Positions 8,317-14,535 of a stretch of DNA of 32,681 bases are shown in pieces. The DNA is from Candidatus Nomurabacteria bacterium RIFCSPLOWO2_12_FULL_46_14. Lineage in GTDB: Bacteria; Patescibacteriota; Minisyncoccia; Phycocordibacterales; UBA9973. A program made the translations under genes and the position numbers. Numbering within the stretch: the stretch's first letter is position 1; each line of letters starts with the position of its first letter. The stretch covers positions 3,336 to 36,016 of the forward strand of contig MFVV01000033.1 in assembly GCA_001786225.1 (NCBI GenBank), written 5' to 3'. The notes beneath the pieces are model-generated. The model saw only the letters and a list, made by a program, of their open reading frames with translations. It had not been told where the DNA came from and ran no database searches.

Positions 8317-8701
8317 TTATGCTGTCATCGTAGAAAAATTTGCCGAGAGACACTTTATATCTAAATTTAAGAAAAAATATAAAGGGGCTTGGGATGTTAC
8401 CTTTAGGGCCATCCAAGAAGAATTAAAACGTATTGATACACTTATAGGCGAAACTAATATTGCCGAAACTATTACCGATCAAGAAAATATAAAAATATGT
8501 AAGACAGAGTTTCGTGTTCACGGTACTCAAGAGTCAAGACATACTTCAGGAAATCGTTGTATTGTGGCTGTGGACAAAGACACCTGCGTTGTAAAAGTTT
8601 TGCTTGTTTATGCAAAAACTGATTTAACTGGCAATAGGGAAACTGAGCAGTGGAAAAATTTAATAAAAGAAAATTATTTAGAATACTCAAAAATACTATA
8701 A
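8306..8701 (+). CDS. putative cognate toxin (RelE/HigB/Gp49-like by loose motif resemblance)
   Basis: 131 aa, with its ATG overlapping the antitoxin stop by 11 nt. KTEFRVHGTQESRHTSGNRCIVAVDKDTCVVKVLLVY resembles the (K)xxR..G.GKSGGxRxIY beta-strand core of HigB/Gp49-type mRNA interferases. The assignment is inference. Confidence 0.5.
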   Translation: MSTNYAVIVEKFAERHFISKFKKKYKGAWDVTFRAIQEELKRIDTLIGETNIAETITDQENIKICKTEFRVHGTQESRHTSGNRCIVAVDKDTCVVKVLLVYAKTDLTGNRETEQWKNLIKENYLEYSKIL

Positions 8702-8747
8702 TCTATGCCCGACGACAAAAATTTAACCAAAATTATGAGGCCTTGTC

Positions 8748-10178
8748 TCACAAGTGGTAAACGGCGGCGTAGCCTCGGTCTTTTGTACATTTAAAAGCTT
8801 TGGTTAAATTATCATCCAAGTCGTCTTGTATTTTACTCTCCTGCGGCATATCGTAATTGGAATACAAAAAGTAAACCTCTCTGCCGATATAATTCTTATC
8901 CAATTCTTCTCGGAGTGAGTCAAATTTCCACGGGTCCGGGTAGAGTTTATTCTCCTTACGGGTGTAATAATAACTGATGGGAGACTGGTTGGTAAGGATG
9001 AGAGAATTGTGTTCCTGATTGGCCAAGAATTTATTGGCCTCCCAAAAACATGTTGTTGCCTGGTCGTTGGCCTTGTTTTCGTAAATTGCTGCTACTCCCG
9101 CGACCGAAATAAGCAGAATGGCTCCGACAAATCCGAGAATCAAGTTCCCGAATCTTTTCAATTCGCTCAGCAAGAACCCGACAAGAAGGCAAACGGCCGG
9201 AACTATCGGCAGGATAAACCTATTCTCCTTGTGGGGCATAAAGCTCACCACTAAAAAAAAGAAAATCACCCAGGCCAGAAGGAGTATAATTTCTCGCCTT
9301 AACCATCTTTTCTTAAAAGACACATAAAAAAGCGCCAGAAGGAATAGGCTGGCGATGACTGAAAAATTAAGCCAGGCTGATTGCAAAAAGAAGGTCCACG
9401 GCTGAACACCACCCCAGTAGGCCGAGGCTTGAAAGCCGTGGACAAACGCGCCCAGAGGATTGTCGTAATATACAAAACCGTATAGGAGCCAAGGCAGAAG
9501 AGTGAGTAAAAATACTCCTGCACCATACCAGAGATATTTGTCTTTAAGAAATTTAAATGATTTTTCTTTGAGCAGGAGATAAAATAAAAAAACCGGCCCG
9601 AGCCAAAGCGTGGTATAGCGGGCAAGCAAAGCCAGAGCCAAGAATAAGCCGAACAACATTTTATATTTATTATCTCTTCGCTCAAAGCCCCGCCAAAAAC
9701 TGATAAAAGAAAGGAGAAGAAAAAAAACTACAAAAGTATCCGTCCAGATTTGTCCGCTGGCGAAAATATGCACCGGCAAGAGAGAAAATAAAAAAGCCGC
9801 GTAAAGGCCTGCCCTTCGGTTAAATAATTCTTTACCTAAGATATAAACCAAAAATGCGGAAAGGGCGGCAAAAAATGGAAGGAGAAATGGAATCAGAAAA
9901 TCAAGATTGAAAAAATAAAAAATAGAAAGGGTGTAGGGCAAAAGCGGCGCCCGGAAACCAATATTCGGCCAGGCATAGACCGGGTCGTCCGCGGGAATGA
10001 AGTCGTTCCAACCCGAATTTTGCAAAGAATAGTTTAAGGGCTGTTCGCTCAACTGCCGGCCTAAATTGAGGTAAACGGTCTCATCCCAGCCCCGGAGGGG
10101 AGAATAAAAAACAAACAAAATTCTGACGAGAAAAGTAAAAACAATAATTAAAATGAGGAGTTTTTTGTGAAGGTCCAT
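8748..10178 (-). CDS. GT-C fold glycosyltransferase (family 39 / PMT_2 / ArnT-like) polytopic membrane protein
   Basis: 476 aa with about 11 TM helices. The first-loop motif RGWDETVYLNLG is the DE motif of PMT/ArnT-type enzymes. It has a soluble C-terminal domain. Confidence 0.75.
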   Translation of the reverse strand: MDLHKKLLILIIVFTFLVRILFVFYSPLRGWDETVYLNLGRQLSEQPLNYSLQNSGWNDFIPADDPVYAWPNIGFRAPLLPYTLSIFYFFNLDFLIPFLLPFFAALSAFLVYILGKELFNRRAGLYAAFLFSLLPVHIFASGQIWTDTFVVFFLLLSFISFWRGFERRDNKYKMLFGLFLALALLARYTTLWLGPVFLFYLLLKEKSFKFLKDKYLWYGAGVFLLTLLPWLLYGFVYYDNPLGAFVHGFQASAYWGGVQPWTFFLQSAWLNFSVIASLFLLALFYVSFKKRWLRREIILLLAWVIFFFLVVSFMPHKENRFILPIVPAVCLLVGFLLSELKRFGNLILGFVGAILLISVAGVAAIYENKANDQATTCFWEANKFLANQEHNSLILTNQSPISYYYTRKENKLYPDPWKFDSLREELDKNYIGREVYFLYSNYDMPQESKIQDDLDDNLTKAFKCTKDRGYAAVYHL

Positions 10179-11224
10179 TTTTTATTGCCGATAAAATTTA
10201 TTATAAAAGCGACACCGATGGCCAAAGTCTGGGAAATCACGTAGTAGATGTCGAAAAACTCGGTAAAAACATACAGGCAAAAAATATTTACCCCAAAAGC
10301 CGCTAGAGCCACCGCGAAAAACCTCCCGTATTTTATCATTAATTTATCCTTTAGCATCTCCCTGAACGTCCACAGCTTATTGAGAATAAAATTAAAGGTT
10401 AGAGAAATAATAAAAGACAAACTGGCGGAGATCAGATAATATATGCCGGCATATTCGGTTAGGAGATATAAAAAGGCCAGATTAACAAAGGTTCCCAGGA
10501 TGCCGACTAGGGCAAATTGAAAAAATTCAGAAACTATGTTCCTCCGGTTTGGGAGATAAGCCCATAGATTCCGTAGGTAGAAAAAAATCTCTCCGAGCCC
10601 CGCCTTGCTCTCCCCGGCCCTCCGGTCGGTGAAGGTAATGGGTATCTCTGTTATTTTACCCGGTTTAGTTTTTACCAAAATCTCCAGCAAGATTTTAAAT
10701 CCTCGGGAATTTATTTCTATATTTTTTATCAAATCTCTCCGAAACATGAAAAAACCGGACATCGGGTCTTCCACTTCGGTGAAAATTCTCGCCAGGATGG
10801 TGGCGCCCCGAGACATAAGCCGCCGTTGCCAACTAGAGCCTTCTATCCGTCCTAGTGCCATGTAGCGGCTGCCGATGGCGATTTCCGCCCCGGATGTTAC
10901 GGCATTATACATTTCCGAAAGTCTCTCCGGCGGATGGCTCAAGTCCGCGTCCATTACTCCAATAATTTCTCCGCCGGCAATCCGAAGTCCGTCGTGTATC
11001 GCGGAAGAAAGACCCAGCTTGCCCGGCCGATGCATCACTGATAGACTGGAGTAAGTATTTTTCAGGTTTTCCATAATTTCCCCCGTGCCGTCGGGAGAAT
11101 TGTCGTCCACTACGACAATTTCGCCGTCTATATTGTGGACCTCAAATTCTTTTTTTACCCGCGATAGAAGATTAACGATATTTTCCCTTTCGTTGTAAGT
11201 CGGAATGATTAGGCTTAATTTCAT
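10148..11224 (-). CDS. GT2 polyprenol-phosphate (dolichol-P-mannose synthase-like) glycosyltransferase fused to a GtrA-like membrane domain
   Basis: Motifs IIPTYNERENI, VVDDNSPDGT and MDADLSHPP are typical Dpm1/Ppm1-type GT2. The C-terminal four-TM domain FALVGILGTFVNLAFLY...NFILNKLWTF is GtrA-like. It overlaps the downstream GT-C gene by 31 nt. Confidence 0.85.
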   Translation of the reverse strand: MKLSLIIPTYNERENIVNLLSRVKKEFEVHNIDGEIVVVDDNSPDGTGEIMENLKNTYSSLSVMHRPGKLGLSSAIHDGLRIAGGEIIGVMDADLSHPPERLSEMYNAVTSGAEIAIGSRYMALGRIEGSSWQRRLMSRGATILARIFTEVEDPMSGFFMFRRDLIKNIEINSRGFKILLEILVKTKPGKITEIPITFTDRRAGESKAGLGEIFFYLRNLWAYLPNRRNIVSEFFQFALVGILGTFVNLAFLYLLTEYAGIYYLISASLSFIISLTFNFILNKLWTFREMLKDKLMIKYGRFFAVALAAFGVNIFCLYVFTEFFDIYYVISQTLAIGVAFIINFIGNKKWTFTKNSSF

Positions 11225-11240
11225 AGAAACATTTTAAACG

Positions 11241-11398
11241 AAAAAACACTAATCTCCAAACAATCCTTTTAGGGCTATGCCCCGAAAGTAACAAGCCCGT
11301 AGAGGATAGCACCAGCGACCCAGTAAAGAGTGCCAAAACGTCCTCGAGAAACTTGTATAACCTGTGGCTGATTGCTTAGAGATTAGTGCCTTCTCTCT
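11241..11398 (-). ncRNA. candidate structured RNA of unknown class (about 158 nt)
   Basis: A 19-bp closing helix pairs 11247..11265 with 11370..11388. On the minus strand the helix is complete, with two G.U wobbles; on the plus strand those positions would be A.C mismatches. Internal hairpins are GAGGA/UCCUC (11302..11306 with 11341..11345, extended by GCAC/GUGC) and GGGC/GCCC. The minus strand has TATAAT at 11411..11406 and a U6 tract (11246..11241) directly after the closing helix. No convincing ORF. Confidence 0.45.
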
Positions 11399-11432
11399 TA
11401 TATCAATTATACTATTACCCCTACCCGACAAA

Positions 11433-11441
11433 TGTTATAAT
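11433..11441 (+). promoter_or_regulatory. extended -10 box TGTTATAAT upstream of ruvB (about 62-nt leader with a small hairpin at 11474..11490)
   Basis: Sequence match only. This is the one promoter-like box here that is not immediately adjacent to its ATG. Confidence 0.35.
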
Positions 11442-11509
11442 GTTGAGAACTAAGGGGATAGTGTGTTTATAAAACTCTCCTTTGAGGAGTATAGCACAAT
11501 AATAAATTA

Positions 11510-12568
11510 ATGTCAAGTTTAAAGAACAAGAACAAAAATGAGAACGGCGACGACTTCACTTTGGTGGAAACTCTACGCCCTACCCGCTGGGATGAGTATA
11601 TCGGCCAAAAACACATAAAAGACAACGTTAAAATTCTTCTACGAGCAGCCGAGGAGCGTGGGCATATTCCGGAACACATCCTTTTTTACGGACCCCCGGG
11701 ACTGGGTAAAACTACACTCGCGCACCTGATAGCCAAGGAAACAGGCAGGCAAATGAAGATAACTTCTGGTCCTGCCATAGAAAAAATAGGGGATTTGGCT
11801 TCCATCCTGACAAACCTTTCGCCTGGAGATATTGTTTTTATAGATGAAATTCACAGACTGAATAAAATGGTGGAGGAAATACTCTATCCAGCAATGGAGT
11901 CAGGGGTTTTAGACATTATAATCGGCAAGGGCCCTTCGGCTCGCACTATCCAGCTGGACCTGCCACCTTTCACCTTAATCGCGGCTACCACCCGAGTGGC
12001 TATGGTGTCTTCCCCTCTGCGTTCCCGATTCTCCGGCGGAGTTTTCCGCCTGGAATTTTATTCTGAAGATGAAATTTCGAAAATCATCCGACGGTCCGGC
12101 AAAATTCTAGAAACAGCGTTGGAAGATGATGCCGTCTCGGAAATAGCAAAGCGGAGCCGTTTTACCCCCCGCACCGCAAATTATTTCTTAAAAAGAGTCC
12201 GGGACTTCGCGCAAGTAAACCCCGAAGGATCCCGCCAAGGCGGGACCTACGGGGCAGGCAAGAAAATTATCAGCAAAGAAACAACGAGGAGTGCCCTGGC
12301 TATGCTGGCAGTAGACGACATCGGATTAAATTCTTCAGACAGAAAGTTTTTAGAAATTTTGATAGAAAAATTCGGCGGCGGGCCGGTGGGGCTAAAAACG
12401 ATAGCCGCGGCGATGTCTGAAGAAGAAGCAACTATAGAAGAAGTAATAGAACCCTATCTAATACAGCTCGGGCTTCTAGAGCGCACCGCCCGCGGCCGAG
12501 TAGCCACCAAGAAAGCGCATGAGCATTTGGGATTTGATTTTAAAGAAGGGCAAAGAAAATTATTATGA
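11510..12568 (+). CDS. ruvB: Holliday junction branch migration helicase RuvB
   Basis: LRPTRWDEYIGQ, Walker A GPPGLGKTTLA, Walker B IVFIDEIHRL, sensor TTRVAMVSSPLRSRF. There is an about 15-aa insertion (NPEGSRQGGTYGAGKK) before the winged-helix domain. Confidence 0.95.
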   Translation: MSSLKNKNKNENGDDFTLVETLRPTRWDEYIGQKHIKDNVKILLRAAEERGHIPEHILFYGPPGLGKTTLAHLIAKETGRQMKITSGPAIEKIGDLASILTNLSPGDIVFIDEIHRLNKMVEEILYPAMESGVLDIIIGKGPSARTIQLDLPPFTLIAATTRVAMVSSPLRSRFSGGVFRLEFYSEDEISKIIRRSGKILETALEDDAVSEIAKRSRFTPRTANYFLKRVRDFAQVNPEGSRQGGTYGAGKKIISKETTRSALAMLAVDDIGLNSSDRKFLEILIEKFGGGPVGLKTIAAAMSEEEATIEEVIEPYLIQLGLLERTARGRVATKKAHEHLGFDFKEGQRKLL

Positions 12569-13056
12569 GAATTTTAGGTATCGACCCGGGATTTGAGAGG
12601 TTGGGGATAGCAGTATTGGAATCCGCCCAAGGCGGATCGTCTTCCAGCCGAAAAGAATTGGTTGTTTTTTCTGAGTGTTTCAAAACTTCTAGCAAGTTGG
12701 ACTTTGCTGAAAGATTAAAACTGCTTGGGGAAGAAGTAAAAAGGGTGATAAAAAAATACAAGCCAGAAATTCTGGCTATTGAAACTTTATTTTTAAACAC
12801 AAATCAAAAAACGGTAATGCGGGTGGCGGAAGTACGAGGTGTGGTGATTTATGAATCCAGCCAAGCGGGGATGAAAATTTTAGAAGTCTCCCCGCCTCAA
12901 ATCAAAATGGCCACCACCGGCTATGGCCGAGCGGATAAAGAACAGATAATGAAAATGGTTAGAATTTTGGTAGAAATAGACAAATCAAAAACTTCTGATG
13001 ATGAATTAGACGCCATTGCTATCGCCCTCACTGCTTTTGCGCATATAAGGAACTAG
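12565..13056 (+). CDS. ruvC: crossover junction endodeoxyribonuclease RuvC
   Basis: MRILGIDPGFERLGIAVLE (catalytic Asp), IETLFLNTN, and the C-terminal DELDAIAIAL motif. It has an ATGA overlap with the ruvB stop. Confidence 0.9.
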   Translation: MRILGIDPGFERLGIAVLESAQGGSSSSRKELVVFSECFKTSSKLDFAERLKLLGEEVKRVIKKYKPEILAIETLFLNTNQKTVMRVAEVRGVVIYESSQAGMKILEVSPPQIKMATTGYGRADKEQIMKMVRILVEIDKSKTSDDELDAIAIALTAFAHIRN

Positions 13057-13058
13057 GG

Positions 13059-13067
13059 TTATCCACA
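13059..13067 (+). promoter_or_regulatory. perfect consensus DnaA box TTATCCACA (isolated)
   Basis: An exact 9-mer 3 nt after the ruvC stop. A single copy could occur by chance. Confidence 0.3.
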
Positions 13068-13165
13068 CTTTAAGTCTTTTTGCTATTGCCAAGCGTTCTC
13101 TATTTTGATACAAAATAGGGAATTTGAGAATAGTAAGAAAAAAATTATTAATTTAATAAAAACAC

Positions 13166-13288
13166 ATGAGTTACGATGAAGAAAGTTTTATGGAAGAAGA
13201 AATAGGCGATGATTTAGATGAGCCCAGGGAAGAAGGAGTTGGAGAAGATTTCGGCCTAGATGAAGAGGACCCGGACCGGGATAGTTAA
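13166..13288 (+). CDS. possible 40-aa highly acidic micro-protein (not in the ORF track)
   Basis: ATG..TAA encoding MSYDEESFMEEEIGDDLDEPREEGVGEDFGLDEEDPDRDS, of which 21/40 residues are D or E. It is the only ORF in the 243-bp ruvC/tyrS convergent spacer. No SD or obvious promoter. Confidence 0.25.
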   Translation: MSYDEESFMEEEIGDDLDEPREEGVGEDFGLDEEDPDRDS

Positions 13289-13299
13289 AAACTCTATTT

Positions 13300-14490
13300 C
13301 TATTTTTTGACTACAATAAACTTCCCGAATCTCTTTTTGCCTATTCTGAATCGAGTGCCAGATTCCGGGATTAAATTGGGGTCTAATACAGTATCCCCGG
13401 AGTCTAGGTTTGTAACTGCATTCTCTTCCACCAATTTTCGAAAGTTGGTTTTTGACGAAACAACGCCGTTTGCAACCGCGGCATTCATTAGAGTGTCTCC
13501 CTTCATTTCTTCCATTTTTTCTGGTATCTCCCCTCTCTGGAAAGTGCGGGTGAAAGTCTCTTCCGCCTCCCTGGCCGAATTTTCATCGTTCAACTCTGCA
13601 ATAATTTGATGCGCCAATTCTTTTTTGTATTTCATGGGGTTAGTGCCCGCGGCCATCTCTTTTGTAACTTCCTTTACTTTGTCCATGGATACCGTAGTCA
13701 GACACTCAAAACATTGCGCGACAACTTCATCCGGCAGAGACATTATTTTCCCGAACAGCTCTTTGGGGTCATCATTGAGCGCAATCGCATTGCCTTCTGT
13801 TTTGCCAATCTTTCTGCCGGTGGCATCGACAATCAGCAATGTGGTCATAACGAACTTTTCTTTTTTTAACATATGGCGCATAAGTTTTCTGCCCATCAGC
13901 ATATTAAACATCTGGTCTGTCCCGCCTAATTCTAAATCTACATTGAGGGCGATAGAATCATACGCCTGCATAACTGGGTAAAGAAATTCGTTCATAAAAA
14001 CATCTTGACCCTGTTTTGTTCTTTCTTTAAATAAGTCTCTTTTTATTACTTGTTGCACCGATAGCTCGCCGGCTATCCGCATAAATTCCAATCCGCTTAA
14101 TTTATCAAGCCATTCGCTGTTGTATCTGATTTCAACCGGATTTTCTCCGTCAAAGCGCAATATTTTACCCGCTTGCGCTTTATACTTTTCGGCATTTTTC
14201 AAAACAACATCCTTGGAAAGCATTTTTCTGGTTTCTGTTTTCCCCGATGGGTCGCCAATCATGCCCGTAGAATCTCCAATTAAAAACACCACCCGATGGC
14301 CAAGCGCCTGCCAGGCCGCGAGTTTGCGCAGGCCCACCATATGGCCGATATGGAGTTTGTCCCCCGTGGGGTCGAACCCTTGGTAGAGCTTGAGTTTTCG
14401 GCCGGAACGCAAAATCTTCTCCAGCTCTTCCCGAGAAGGATAAATTTTGTCCACCCCGCGGGTGAGTAATTCGTCTATCGGGTCAGTCAT
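13300..14490 (-). CDS. tyrS: tyrosine--tRNA ligase
   Basis: GFDPTGDKLHIGHMVGL (HIGH motif), GDSTGMIGDPSGKTETR, and the KMSKS-equivalent RKIGKTEGNAIAL. TGTTAGAAT lies 6 nt upstream of the ATG. Confidence 0.9.
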   Translation of the reverse strand: MTDPIDELLTRGVDKIYPSREELEKILRSGRKLKLYQGFDPTGDKLHIGHMVGLRKLAAWQALGHRVVFLIGDSTGMIGDPSGKTETRKMLSKDVVLKNAEKYKAQAGKILRFDGENPVEIRYNSEWLDKLSGLEFMRIAGELSVQQVIKRDLFKERTKQGQDVFMNEFLYPVMQAYDSIALNVDLELGGTDQMFNMLMGRKLMRHMLKKEKFVMTTLLIVDATGRKIGKTEGNAIALNDDPKELFGKIMSLPDEVVAQCFECLTTVSMDKVKEVTKEMAAGTNPMKYKKELAHQIIAELNDENSAREAEETFTRTFQRGEIPEKMEEMKGDTLMNAAVANGVVSSKTNFRKLVEENAVTNLDSGDTVLDPNLIPESGTRFRIGKKRFGKFIVVKK

Positions 14491-14496
14491 AACTAA

Positions 14497-14505
14497 ATTC
14501 TAACA
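14497..14505 (-). promoter_or_regulatory. extended -10 box TGTTAGAAT, 6 nt upstream of the tyrS ATG
   Basis: The minus strand reads tTGTTAGAATttagttATG. Confidence 0.5.
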
Positions 14506-14520
14506 AAAAAAAGATTTTTC

Positions 14521-14529
14521 TGCTATATT
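14521..14529 (+). promoter_or_regulatory. extended -10 box TGCTATATT, 6 nt upstream of the PBP1A ATG
   Basis: The sequence reads TGCTATATTagggttATG. It is back-to-back with the tyrS box inside a 45-bp divergent spacer. Confidence 0.5.
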
Positions 14530-14535
14530 AGGGTT

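Noticed and set aside
11241-11398. Assignment of the structured RNA to SRP RNA, 6S RNA or a known riboswitch
   Set aside because: A stretch CUCUUUACUGGGUC faintly resembles E. coli 4.5S CUCUGUUUACCAGGUC, but the obligatory GGAA tetraloop and the GGAAGCAGC motif are absent. There is no single large central bubble as in 6S. I saw no TPP, purine, ykkC, fluoride or c-di-AMP core motifs. It is left unclassified.
11249-11679. ORFs 11249..11431 (-) and 11467..11679 (-)
   Set aside because: The first coincides with the candidate structured RNA and has no start context. The second is antisense to the ruvB start. Neither resembles a protein family.
14491-14535. Possible T-box leader for tyrS
   Set aside because: Only 45 bp separate tyrS from the divergent PBP1A gene, and both -10 boxes sit within it. 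That leaves no room for a T-box.
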